From: an uncultured Bacillota bacterium | GTDB taxonomy: Bacteria > Bacillota_I > Bacilli_A > RF39 > UBA660 | Direction of reading: 5' to 3' | Assembly: GCA_902492995.1 (NCBI GenBank) | Contig: CABUNR010000001.1 | Location: 1,580 to 65,579 of the forward strand | DNA: 64,000 nucleotides | Part shown: one piece after another, positions 1-9,078 of the stretch | How positions within the stretch are numbered: position 1 is the first letter of the stretch | Layout of the letters: each line of letters starts with the position of its first letter | Notes under the pieces: model-generated | The model's database searches: none | Told to the model about the DNA's origin: nothing | What the model saw: only the letters and a program-made list of their open reading frames with translations | Position numbers and translations under genes: made by a program

Positions 1-1769
1 ACAGCTTTAAACATTGCTCTAAATGCTACTTCAGTCTTACCATATCCAACATCACCACATAAAAGCCTATCCATTGGATAAGTATTTTCCATATCTTTTT
101 TTATTTCATCTATCACCTTTAATTGATCACTTGTTTCTTCATATTCAAATTTAGATTCAAATATTGCTTGCTCTTCTGTATCTTTTAAGAAAGAGTATCC
201 AACACTTGCTTCTCTTTTTGCATATAATTCTAATAATTTAGCAGCTATATCTTCTATTTTATTTTTCACTCTTAATTTTGTTTTTGACCACTCTGATCCA
301 CCTAATTTATTTAATTTTGGAACTATTCCTTCATTTGATGAATATTTTGAAATAAGTTCAATTTTTTCAACAGGAATATATAATTTATCACCACCTTTAT
401 ATTCAATTAATAAATAGTCCTTTTTTATCCCATTTTGTTCCAAGGTTTTTAATCCAACATATCTTCCAATACCATGAATATTATGAACAACATAATCACC
501 TTTACTTAATTTAGTTATATTACTTATTTTTTTACCAAATTTAAAATTTGTTTTATATTTAATTATTTTATCTGATTTTCCAAATATTTCATTTTCACTT
601 ATAATAATATAATTATTATAACTAAATCCTTTTCTTATTTTTTTTATAATTAAATTTATTTTATTATTAAATATTTCATTTTCATTTGTAATAACAATAT
701 TTTTATTTTCTAAACTATCAATAAACTTATTTAGAGAATATCTATTTTCAAAACAAATAATAATTGTATTATTTTTTAAATAATTATTCAATCTTTTATT
801 TATCTCAATTGGATTTTTAGAAAATGGTTCTATTTCATAGGTATTTTTATATTGTGTATTATATACATTATTTTTAAAATTATTTAAATATATAACATTT
901 TTATTATAAATATTTTCTAAATTATTCATATATTTAACATTTTTATCTAATCCTAATGATAAATTATATTCACTAATTTCTTCTAAAAGTTTTGTATAAG
1001 CATTTTCTATTTCATTAAAATTATCAAAAATTGTGTATGAGGTATCTAAATAATCATTAATACTACATACATCAATATATTTATTTAAATATTTTTGCTT
1101 TCTAATTATATTTTCATCATATTTATCAATTATAAATTCGCTATTTGGGCTTATTTTTATTTCATTTGTTTTATTAATTGTTCTTTGATCATCAGTATTA
1201 AAAATTCTTAATGATTCAACATTATCACCAAAAAATTCAATTCTAATTGGATTAATACAATTAATAGGAAAAATATCTACAATGTATCCTCTAATAGCCA
1301 TTTCTCCTGTTTTTGTTACTATGGTTTCTCTTTTATAACCAATATTATAAAATTTTTCTATTAATTTTTTTATATCATATTCATCATTTATTTTTATATT
1401 AACAAAAGCATTACTAAATTTTTGTTTACTTGGCAAATATCTTAAATATCCCATTAAATTTGTTACAACAATTTTTTGTTTATTATCTATAATACTTGTA
1501 AGCGTTTCAATTCTATTCATTTCAAGTTCTGGTGAAATTGCTAAAGCTTCACTTGTTAAAAAATCATCCATAGGAAATAATAATACATCATTTGTATAAC
1601 AACTAAGTGATTGAAATATCTGGTTAGCTTGATATAGTGTATTTGTAACATAAAGTATATTTTTATTATATTTTTTATATAAATTGTACGTATAAAGAAC
1701 TTTTACTTCATCTGTTATTCCATCTAAATTGTTACCTAAATTATCAATTAAATTATTAAATATTGACAT
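1..1769 (-). CDS. mfd: transcription-repair coupling factor Mfd, N-terminal ~589 codons (3' part lies beyond the window edge)
   Basis: Minus-strand frame is open from ATG at 1769-1767 (GGAGGT at 1780-1775) to position 1. The translation of 1-80 reads PMDRLLCGDVGYGKTEVAFRAMFKA (helicase motif I) and is in frame with that ATG. The gene is adjacent to pth, as in Bacillus. Confidence 0.85.
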   Translation of the reverse strand, partial: MSIFNNLIDNLGNNLDGITDEVKVLYTYNLYKKYNKNILYVTNTLYQANQIFQSLSCYTNDVLLFPMDDFLTSEALAISPELEMNRIETLTSIIDNKQKIVVTNLMGYLRYLPSKQKFSNAFVNIKINDEYDIKKLIEKFYNIGYKRETIVTKTGEMAIRGYIVDIFPINCINPIRIEFFGDNVESLRIFNTDDQRTINKTNEIKISPNSEFIIDKYDENIIRKQKYLNKYIDVCSINDYLDTSYTIFDNFNEIENAYTKLLEEISEYNLSLGLDKNVKYMNNLENIYNKNVIYLNNFKNNVYNTQYKNTYEIEPFSKNPIEINKRLNNYLKNNTIIICFENRYSLNKFIDSLENKNIVITNENEIFNNKINLIIKKIRKGFSYNNYIIISENEIFGKSDKIIKYKTNFKFGKKISNITKLSKGDYVVHNIHGIGRYVGLKTLEQNGIKKDYLLIEYKGGDKLYIPVEKIELISKYSSNEGIVPKLNKLGGSEWSKTKLRVKNKIEDIAAKLLELYAKREASVGYSFLKDTEEQAIFESKFEYEETSDQLKVIDEIKKDMENTYPMDRLLCGDVGYGKTEVAFRAMFKA

Positions 1770-1835
1770 ACTATACCTCCTCTTGATAAATAGATTATAT
1801 AATAAATTTTTTATTTTCTCAATAAAAAAAGAAGA

Positions 1836-2399
1836 TTACTTCTTTCCATTATATTTACTCATCAATTGTTCAAATGATAAACTTAGATAATCTTCAAATA
1901 TACTAGGTACATTATTTATTATTTTGTTTAATATTTCATTTTCTTCTTTACTAAATTTACCTAAAACATAATCCTTTGTATCAATTAATTTATTATTTGA
2001 TATTCCAATCTTTAATCTTTTATATTCTTGTGTTTTTAAATGAAGTTCTATATTTTTAAGTCCATTATGTCCTCCAGAACTACCCTTTTGTTTTAATTTA
2101 TATTTTCCGACATCTTGATCTAAATCATCACATATTATTAATATGTCATTTATATTTATTTTATAAAAGTCTACATATTTTTTTATAACTTCACCAGATA
2201 AATTCATATATTTAGCCGGTTTTAAAAATATTACTTGTTCACCATTTATTAAAATTTTTTCATAATATCCATCAAATTTATTTTTTGTTATTTCAAATTT
2301 ATATTTTTTACTAATTGCATCTATAGCTTTAAAACCTATATTATGTCTTGTATTTTCATATTCTTTTCCTATATTTCCCAAACCTACAATTAATTTCAT
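1836..2399 (-). CDS. pth: peptidyl-tRNA hydrolase
   Basis: 187 aa. The N-terminus MKLIVGLGNIGKEYENTRHNIGF matches the Pth family signature. Confidence 0.93.
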   Translation of the reverse strand: MKLIVGLGNIGKEYENTRHNIGFKAIDAISKKYKFEITKNKFDGYYEKILINGEQVIFLKPAKYMNLSGEVIKKYVDFYKININDILIICDDLDQDVGKYKLKQKGSSGGHNGLKNIELHLKTQEYKRLKIGISNNKLIDTKDYVLGKFSKEENEILNKIINNVPSIFEDYLSLSFEQLMSKYNGKK

Positions 2400-3242
2400 T
2401 TAATCACCTCTATGATAAATATTATATATTTCACTTTTAGCAACTTTTCTTTCTTTTGCTACTTTTTTTATAGCTTCTTTTGTATCAAAGCCTTCTTTAA
2501 TATAAAGATTAACATGTTCTACAATAGTTAAATTTTCAAAATTTTCTATTTTATTATTTCCTTCTACTATTAAAACTAATTCTCCCTTTACATCTTCTAA
2601 TTCTTTTAAAACATCTTCTATACTACCTCTATATATTTCTTCAAATTTTTTAGATATTTCCCGGGAAATAGAAATTTGTCTATTTCCCAATATATTTTTT
2701 ATATCTTCTAAAGTTTTTATAACTCGATGTGGTGCTTCATAAAATATCAATGTTGTTTTTAAATTTTTATATTCTTCTAATTCTTTTCTTCTTTTGGAAT
2801 CTCTGTTATTTAAAAATCCAATAAACGTAAACGGACTAGGATTAATTCCAGAAACCGTTAATGCAGGAATTAATGCAGTTGGACCCGGCAATGAAACAAC
2901 ATTATAATTATTTTTAATTGCTATTTTTACTAATTCATATCCTGGATCACTTATGATTGGCGTTCCTCTATCTGTTACAACTCCAACATTTAATCCCCTT
3001 TCTAAATATTCTAATAAAATACTTTCATTTTTATATTCATTGTAATTATGACTTGAAATCAATTTTTTATTAATATTCAAATAATTTAATAATTGCCTTG
3101 TTACTCTAGTATCTTCTGAAAATATAACTTCTACTTCCTTTAATGTATTAATTGCACGTATAGTTATATCTTCCATGTTTCCTATAGGGGTTGGTATTAA
3201 AAATAATGTTGCTTTATTATTTATATAACTTTTTTGTGACAT
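2400..3242 (-). CDS. rsmI: 16S rRNA (cytidine1402-2'-O)-methyltransferase RsmI (YabC-like)
   Basis: 280 aa with a tetrapyrrole-methylase-type SAM methyltransferase fold (LFLIPTPIGN...EDTR). Its position between the yabB-like gene and pth matches B. subtilis. Confidence 0.85.
   Translation of the reverse strand: MSQKSYINNKATLFLIPTPIGNMEDITIRAINTLKEVEVIFSEDTRVTRQLLNYLNINKKLISSHNYNEYKNESILLEYLERGLNVGVVTDRGTPIISDPGYELVKIAIKNNYNVVSLPGPTALIPALTVSGINPSPFTFIGFLNNRDSKRRKELEEYKNLKTTLIFYEAPHRVIKTLEDIKNILGNRQISISREISKKFEEIYRGSIEDVLKELEDVKGELVLIVEGNNKIENFENLTIVEHVNLYIKEGFDTKEAIKKVAKERKVAKSEIYNIYHRGD
2656..2669. promoter_or_regulatory. perfect match to the B. subtilis Noc-binding sequence (NBS) ATTTCCCGGGAAAT
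   Basis: The exact 14-bp palindrome atttcccgggaaat lies inside rsmI. CCCGGG is conspicuous in this AT-rich DNA. Confidence 0.6.
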
Positions 3243-3246
3243 ACTA

Positions 3247-3969
3247 TCATTCCTTAAAATATTTTTTTATTTCTTCTGTATATTCTCCATTTTCATAATG
3301 TGAATATAATGGTGGTAATATTTTTAATCCTGGATTTCCATTTTTAACGCCTTCTATTAGTAAAATATTTGCTTCTTTATTATTACCAGGATATACTAAC
3401 CTCATTTTTTTTGGTTCAATTCCGTTTTGTTTCATTTCTATTATTATTTCTATTAATCTCTCAGGTCTATGAACAATTGCAATACAACCTTTATTTTTTA
3501 ATAATTTTTTACTTATCTGCATAATTTGGGAAATATTTAATTTTATTTCATGTCTTGCTATTGTTTTTTGTTCATTATCGTTTATTTTTGATGTATTGTT
3601 ATATTTAAAAAATGGTGGATTACATGTTATAACATCAAAAATTTCTGTTTCTAAATTTTTTGCATAAATATTTATATCTTCATTTATAATTTCTATTTTG
3701 TTTCTTAAATTGTTATATTCAACTGATTTAATTGCTAAATCAAATGATTCCTTCTGGATTTCTACACCTGTTATTAAAGCATTTGTCTTTGTAGATAAAA
3801 TAAGTGGAATAACGGCATTTCCACATCCTATATCAAGTACTTTTTTTATATTTTTATTTAATGTAACAAAATTTGGAAGCAACACTGAATCTAATGAAAA
3901 ACTAAACATATTTGTATTTTGATATATTTTTAAATTTTTATAATCTAATAAATAATTAATTACTTCCAA
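3247..3969 (-). CDS. class I SAM-dependent N6-adenine methyltransferase (YabB/TrmN6-like tRNA methyltransferase)
   Basis: 240 aa. Contains SAM motif VLDIGCGNAVIPL and the N6-adenine motif CNPPFF. Synteny with yaaT and rsmI supports the call. Confidence 0.75.
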   Translation of the reverse strand: MEVINYLLDYKNLKIYQNTNMFSFSLDSVLLPNFVTLNKNIKKVLDIGCGNAVIPLILSTKTNALITGVEIQKESFDLAIKSVEYNNLRNKIEIINEDINIYAKNLETEIFDVITCNPPFFKYNNTSKINDNEQKTIARHEIKLNISQIMQISKKLLKNKGCIAIVHRPERLIEIIIEMKQNGIEPKKMRLVYPGNNKEANILLIEGVKNGNPGLKILPPLYSHYENGEYTEEIKKYFKE

Positions 3970-4744
3970 CTTTTTCTTCCTCTATTCCTATTTGTGTTTG
4001 AACTTTATATTTTTGATTTAAAATATCAATTGAAATAACTTGTCCTTCTTTTCCTGTTGATGTTTTTATTTTATCTCCTACTTTGGGTAGTTTTTTCTTA
4101 CATTCTTTATAACAATCATTTTCATAGTTTAAACAACATAAAAGTCTTCCACACAATCCATTTATTTTAGAAGGATTTAAAGCTAAATTTTGATTTTTTG
4201 CCATTTGTATAGATACAGAATCAAATTCATTTAAAAACCTAGAACAACATAATTTTTGACCACAACTTCCTATTCCCCCTATTTTTTTTGCTTTATCTCT
4301 AACACCTATCTGTCTAAGTTCTATTCTTGTATGATAAATAGTTGCTAAATCTTTTGCCAAATCTCTAAAGTCTATTCTATTATCTGAAATAAATTTAAAT
4401 ACTAATTGTTCTCTATCATGTGTAAAATAACAATCTAAAATTTTCATATCTAATTTATATTCTTTTATTAATGAGTTACATTTATTTAATGCTTTTTTTG
4501 CATCATTAATATTTTTTTGATTAGTATGATAATCTTGTTTTGATGCTATTCTAATTATTTTATTTAATTTTTTATTTAATTTATTTGAATCAATTTGATG
4601 AATTTCTGAAACAACTTTTCCAAATCTTAAAACATCTTCTTGTTCAATAATTACATTTATATTATTATTGATTTTTAAATTATTAGTATAATAATATTCT
4701 GGTCGGTCTTCATTATTTAATATAACTCCAACTATTTTATCCAT
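3956..4744 (-). CDS. yaaT: PSP1-domain protein YaaT/RicT (stage 0 sporulation / RNase Y regulator)
   Basis: 262 aa with cysteine motifs GSCGQKLCCSRFL and CGRLLCCLNYE. Overlaps holB, as in Bacillus. Confidence 0.85.
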   Translation of the reverse strand: MDKIVGVILNNEDRPEYYYTNNLKINNNINVIIEQEDVLRFGKVVSEIHQIDSNKLNKKLNKIIRIASKQDYHTNQKNINDAKKALNKCNSLIKEYKLDMKILDCYFTHDREQLVFKFISDNRIDFRDLAKDLATIYHTRIELRQIGVRDKAKKIGGIGSCGQKLCCSRFLNEFDSVSIQMAKNQNLALNPSKINGLCGRLLCCLNYENDCYKECKKKLPKVGDKIKTSTGKEGQVISIDILNQKYKVQTQIGIEEEKVGSN

Positions 4745-5636
4745 CTATATCACCTCTTGATAATTCTATTATTAGTTTATCTAATAATAAACTTTGATTT
4801 GCATTTATCTTTATATATTCTATTAATTCTATAATTTTATTTATTTTATATATTAAACTATCAAAACTATTATTATTTGCTAATTTTTCTATTTCTTGCT
4901 CATATAATGAAAAATTTTCTATTTTTCTTTTTAATTTATAGTTTAGGATATCTTTATAATATAAAAGTATTAAATTATATCCAATTATATAATCTTTTCT
5001 TTCTTTAAAAAAATTATGCCATAATTTTTGTGTAAATAATAAAGTTTCTAATTTTTCTTTTTCTAATGTAGAAACAAAATTATTTATATAATTTAATTGT
5101 TCTTCATCTTTAACAGATTCTACTAACATCTTATTCTTCTTTAATGATATTATTTGGCATCTTGAAATTATTGTCGGTAAAAGTTGATATATATTTTTAG
5201 TTACTAATATTGCTATTATATTTTCTTCTGGTTCTTCTAAAAATTTTAATATTGAATTTGATGCTTGTACATTTAATAATTCTGCATTATTTATTATATA
5301 TATTTTTTTACCAGTTTCTATACTTTTTGTACTAAATTCTTTTTGTAATGAATCTAACTGTTCTTTCTTAATCCACATGCCATCTGGATTTATTATTTTA
5401 AGATCTGTAAATACATTTTTATCTATTTTATTACATTGCGTACAATTTACACATTTTAAATTATTAGTATAATTATTTGGACATTGCAGTGTTTTAGCAA
5501 ATGCTAACGCCATATTAAATCCATCATCTAAATCATTATTATCAAACAAATATGCATGTGAATATTTATTTTTTTTAATAGCATTAACTAATATTTTATA
5601 TACAATATTTTGTGTTTTCATATACTCATCAAGCAT
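4737..5636 (-). CDS. holB: DNA polymerase III delta' subunit
   Basis: 299 aa. Contains HAYLF, a Cys cluster CVNCTQC and the SRCQ sensor motif. Synteny with yaaT supports the call. Confidence 0.85.
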   Translation of the reverse strand: MLDEYMKTQNIVYKILVNAIKKNKYSHAYLFDNNDLDDGFNMALAFAKTLQCPNNYTNNLKCVNCTQCNKIDKNVFTDLKIINPDGMWIKKEQLDSLQKEFSTKSIETGKKIYIINNAELLNVQASNSILKFLEEPEENIIAILVTKNIYQLLPTIISRCQIISLKKNKMLVESVKDEEQLNYINNFVSTLEKEKLETLLFTQKLWHNFFKERKDYIIGYNLILLYYKDILNYKLKRKIENFSLYEQEIEKLANNNSFDSLIYKINKIIELIEYIKINANQSLLLDKLIIELSRGDIDG

Positions 5637-5647
5637 ACTTTTACCTC

Positions 5648-5836
5648 CTAATAAATTAATATTTGAATCAATATTAATGAAAATAAAGATGGATAACCTA
5701 ATATAGTTAAAATTAATACAGTTATAATATTTATTGGAATTATTATACCAAATGATACAGATATCAAATTATATCCATATAATAAAAAAGAACTTAATAT
5801 TATTTTTTTTATTATATTAAATATTTTTTTAATCAT
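5648..5836 (-). CDS. bofA: BofA-family small membrane protein (pro-sigma-K processing inhibitor)
   Basis: 62 aa with two predicted TM segments. GIIIPINIITVLILTILGYPSLFSLIL resembles B. subtilis BofA GIHVPINLVTTAISGILGIPGIAALVV. It lies downstream of recR, as in B. subtilis. Confidence 0.7.
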   Translation of the reverse strand: MIKKIFNIIKKIILSSFLLYGYNLISVSFGIIIPINIITVLILTILGYPSLFSLILIQILIY

Positions 5837-5874
5837 TTTATCACCTATTAAAAGGTTATGTTATTATAATAATT

Positions 5875-6474
5875 TTATGAAACTGATGTTCTATCTTCTA
5901 AAGCCATTTCAAGTGTTAGTGCATCAATATATTCCATATCAACTCCTATAGGTATTCCATGAGCTAATTTTGTAATTTTTACATTTTTATTTTCTAATAA
6001 TTTTGAAATATAAAGAGAAGTTGTTTCTCCTTCAATACTTGGTTTTAAAGCTAATATAATTTCTGTTATATTTTCATTTTTTATTCTTTCAATTAATGAA
6101 GAAATATTTATATCTTCTGGATTTATTCCATCAAGAGGAGATATTAATCCATCTAATACATGATATAATCCACGGTATGTGCCTATTTTTTCTAAAATCA
6201 TTACATTTTTTACATCTTCTACAACACATATTGTATTAATATCTCTATTTTTCATTTTGCATATTTCACATAATTCTTCTTCACTTAAATTATTACATTT
6301 TTTACATCTTTTTATTTTTATTTTTGTATTTTCTAATGACTGTTTAAATAAATCAATTATTTCATCGTCTAGATCTAATGTTGATAAAGCTAATCTTTCT
6401 GCTGTTTTTTCACCTATTCCAGGTAATTTTTTAAAGCATTCTATTAAGTCTTTTATTGTCTTAGGATAATTCAT
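5875..6474 (-). CDS. recR: recombination protein RecR
   Basis: 199 aa with a C4 zinc finger CKKCNNLSEEELCEIC followed by a Toprim region (ICVVEDVKNV). Confidence 0.93.
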   Translation of the reverse strand: MNYPKTIKDLIECFKKLPGIGEKTAERLALSTLDLDDEIIDLFKQSLENTKIKIKRCKKCNNLSEEELCEICKMKNRDINTICVVEDVKNVMILEKIGTYRGLYHVLDGLISPLDGINPEDINISSLIERIKNENITEIILALKPSIEGETTSLYISKLLENKNVKITKLAHGIPIGVDMEYIDALTLEMALEDRTSVS

Positions 6475-6770
6475 TAAAACAATCCTGGCATTCCTTGAGT
6501 AAATTTACCCATTCTTTTTTCTGTTTCTTTATCAATATTCTTCATAGCATCGTTTATAGCAACCATTATCATATCCTGTAACATTTCTATATCTTCTGCT
6601 TCTATACTATCACTATTTATTTTTACTTCTATTATTTCTTTTGTTCCTTTTAATTTTACTGATACTATTGACGATTTTCCTTCAAATATTTCATTATCTA
6701 TTTTATTTTTTTCACTAACCATATCTTTTTGTAATTTTTGAGCTTGTTTCATCATTGCTTGTATATTCAT
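6474..6770 (-). CDS. ybaB: nucleoid-associated protein YbaB/EbfC
   Basis: 98 aa. The MMKQAQKLQ start and MPGLF end are typical of the family. Lies between dnaX and recR. Confidence 0.9.
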   Translation of the reverse strand: MNIQAMMKQAQKLQKDMVSEKNKIDNEIFEGKSSIVSVKLKGTKEIIEVKINSDSIEAEDIEMLQDMIMVAINDAMKNIDKETEKRMGKFTQGMPGLF

Positions 6771-6784
6771 TTTATTCCTTCTTT

Positions 6785-8404
6785 CTAATCATACTCTATT
6801 ATATCACTAAATTCACTATCTATTTTATTTTTAGTTTCTTCTTTTTTTGTTATTAATGGTTCTTCAATATAACTATATTTTTTCTTCTTTCCATTAAATT
6901 CTTCTTTTATTATATTCCATTCATTAATATCAACAGATATTGTTGAATAATTTTTATTAAATGTTTCTTTAAATAATTTATCAATTTTAAGAATATTTTC
7001 ATTAAACATATTTGATAATTTTTTATTTTCAAATACAAATATTAAGTTACTATTTCCTACAGCTTTTAATTTACCATCTAAGATTAAAGATACAATTTCA
7101 CTATATTCTGGTTGCATTAACATTATTCTTATATTTTCTATTTCAGAAAGCATTTCTAATAATTGTTTTTTATTAAAATTACATAAAGTATTATTAATTC
7201 TAATTTTTTTTATTTTTTCTATTATTTCTTTATCTATATTGTCATTTTGTTTTATATTTGGTTCTGAAACTTTTTTTATCGGTTGCTTTTCTTCTGGTAA
7301 TTTTGATATATCTACTGGTTTAATTTTTTTATTTTGTCCTAATAATTTAATAATCACTGTTTCAAATATTAATCTTGGATTATTTGATTTTTTCATTTCA
7401 AAAATAATTCTATTAAATTCATTTATATTATTTATTATTGTTGATTCTTCTATTATTTTTTCAAATTCTTTATATATTTCTACATTAGATATATTTTCTT
7501 TTGAATATTCTGTTGCATTCATAACTAATAATATATTTCTATAGAAATTAATTATTTCTTCAGATAGTTTTACAAAATTTTTACCATTATTATCATATTC
7601 ATCTATCATATTAAAAATTTCATTATATTTTTTTAATGCAATATATTTTATAAAATGCTTTAATTCATCTTGTGGAATAGTACCATTTATTTCATGAACA
7701 TCCTTTACAGTTATTTTATTTTCTGAATATGCTACTACTTGATCTAATATGCTTAATGCATCTCTCATTCCACCATCTGCTAATCTTGCTATTTCTGTAA
7801 TTGCTTCTTCATCTATTGAAATATTTTCTAAATTTATTATTTCTTGTAATTTTTGTTTAATTTTATTTATACTTATTTTCTTAAATTCAAATTTTTGACA
7901 TCTTGATAATATAGTTACAGGTATTTTATATAATTCTGTTGTTGCTAATATAAATATAACGTGAGCTGGTGGTTCTTCTAGTGTTTTTAATAATGCATTA
8001 AATGCACCTATCGTTAACATATGTACCTCATCTATTATATAAATTTTATATTTTCCTGTTGAAGGTACTAAATTTACATTATTTCTTAATTCTCTTATTT
8101 CATCTACACCATTATTCGATGCTGCATCTATTTCAATTATATCAATTGATTGTTTATTATTTATTTGTGTACAATTTACACATTTATTACATGGCTTTAA
8201 ATTTTCTAAATTTAAACAATTTACAGTTTTAGCTATTATTTTTGCAGTACTTGTTTTTCCCGTTCCTCTTGGACCACTAAATATATATGCATGATTAATT
8301 TTATTATTTTTTATAGCATTTTTTATAGTTGTAATTATTATATCTTGTCCTATTACTTCATCAAAATTTTTAGGTCTATATTTTCTATATAACGTCTGAT
8401 ACAC
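6785..8404 (-). CDS. dnaX: DNA polymerase III tau subunit
   Basis: 539 aa with a GTG start after AGGTGAT. Contains Walker A GPRGTGKTS, zinc module CNKCVNC, DEVHML and SRCQ. Confidence 0.93.
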   Translation of the reverse strand: MYQTLYRKYRPKNFDEVIGQDIIITTIKNAIKNNKINHAYIFSGPRGTGKTSTAKIIAKTVNCLNLENLKPCNKCVNCTQINNKQSIDIIEIDAASNNGVDEIRELRNNVNLVPSTGKYKIYIIDEVHMLTIGAFNALLKTLEEPPAHVIFILATTELYKIPVTILSRCQKFEFKKISINKIKQKLQEIINLENISIDEEAITEIARLADGGMRDALSILDQVVAYSENKITVKDVHEINGTIPQDELKHFIKYIALKKYNEIFNMIDEYDNNGKNFVKLSEEIINFYRNILLVMNATEYSKENISNVEIYKEFEKIIEESTIINNINEFNRIIFEMKKSNNPRLIFETVIIKLLGQNKKIKPVDISKLPEEKQPIKKVSEPNIKQNDNIDKEIIEKIKKIRINNTLCNFNKKQLLEMLSEIENIRIMLMQPEYSEIVSLILDGKLKAVGNSNLIFVFENKKLSNMFNENILKIDKLFKETFNKNYSTISVDINEWNIIKEEFNGKKKKYSYIEEPLITKKEETKNKIDSEFSDIIEYD

Positions 8405-8462
8405 TTTATCACCTCATACTATTTAATTATACCATTTTTACATAAATATTAAAAATAGATAA

Positions 8463-8478
8463 TGTTTCACGTGAAACA
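8463..8478. promoter_or_regulatory. parS (Spo0J/ParB binding site), perfect palindrome TGTTTCACGTGAAACA
   Basis: Matches the parS consensus TGTTNCACGTGAAACA. It sits inside a 28-bp perfect palindrome (8457-8484) at the tadA stop codon. Confidence 0.8.
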
Positions 8479-8907
8479 TTATCTTATTTTTTTAAAAAAT
8501 ATATTTAATAATTTTAATATTTTTTCTTGTTCTATTTGTTTAATAATAATTTTTGAATTTTGTTGTATATTACTTTTTTCTATATATCCAAAATTTTTAT
8601 TTTTTATAGAATATACTATTTTTTTTATGCGTGATTGAATTATTGCTCCTGTACACATCATACATGGTTCCATTGTTGTATATAATGTACAATTTTCTAA
8701 ATGCCATGTTTTTAATTTTTTACATGCTTTGTTTATTGCTAATATTTCTGCATGATATGTTGCAATTCCATATTTTTCTTTTTTATTATATGCTTTTGCT
8801 ATTATTTTATTATTTTTTACTATTACACATCCTACAGGCACATCTTTTTTTTTATAAGCTTTTTTTGCTTCTTTATATGCAATATTTAAATATTTTTCAT
8901 CATTCAT
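8479..8907 (-). CDS. tadA: tRNA-specific adenosine deaminase TadA
   Basis: 142 aa with CMP/dCMP deaminase zinc motifs HAEILAI and PCMMCTGAI. Confidence 0.9.
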   Translation of the reverse strand: MNDEKYLNIAYKEAKKAYKKKDVPVGCVIVKNNKIIAKAYNKKEKYGIATYHAEILAINKACKKLKTWHLENCTLYTTMEPCMMCTGAIIQSRIKKIVYSIKNKNFGYIEKSNIQQNSKIIIKQIEQEKILKLLNIFFKKIR

Positions 8908-8919
8908 ATTAACACCTCA

Positions 8920-8999
8920 AAAAAAAAGCACACACATTAAGAGGTTCTTAAGGCTGCTATCTTCCGATTCTGACCTGATTCAAACATAAATGTTGTGCT
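8920..8999 (-). ncRNA. ffs: signal recognition particle RNA, minimal (4.5S-like) form, ~73 nt plus U tail
   Basis: The minus strand reads AGCACAACAUU...AAUCAGGUCAGAAUCGGAAGAUAGCAGCCUUAAG...AAUGUGUGUGCU followed by a U-run. It carries a domain IV-like motif with a GGAA tetraloop and complementary 5' and 3' ends. A promoter lies just upstream. The location near tadA and dnaX matches B. subtilis scr. Confidence 0.75.
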
Positions 9000-9005
9000 A
9001 TAAAC

Positions 9006-9034
9006 ATAATACATTAATTTATTTTATATTGCAA
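9006..9034 (-). promoter_or_regulatory. sigma-A-type promoter for the SRP RNA (TTGCAA-17-TATTAT on minus strand)
   Basis: The -35 lies at 9034-9029 and the -10 at 9011-9006, with a 17-nt spacer. The proposed RNA 5' end is ~6 nt downstream. Confidence 0.55.
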
Positions 9035-9044
9035 TTTTTTTTAA

Positions 9045-9060
9045 TGTTTCACGTGAAACA
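9045..9060. promoter_or_regulatory. parS (Spo0J/ParB binding site), perfect palindrome TGTTTCACGTGAAACA
   Basis: Second identical copy, inside a 30-bp perfect palindrome (9038-9067) between the gyrA stop and the ffs promoter. Confidence 0.8.
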
Positions 9061-9078
9061 TTAAAAAGAAGAATAAAT

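Noticed and set aside
7271-7277. A AAA AAA slippery heptamer in dnaX (minus strand). A -1 shift would terminate 9 codons later and yield a gamma-like truncated product at ~70% of tau length
   Set aside because: A-runs are ubiquitous in this AT-rich genome, and dnaX itself has several. No upstream SD-like stimulator or downstream hairpin like those of E. coli dnaX is visible. Firmicutes are not known to make gamma this way. Kept only as a remote possibility, testable by western blot or mass spectrometry.
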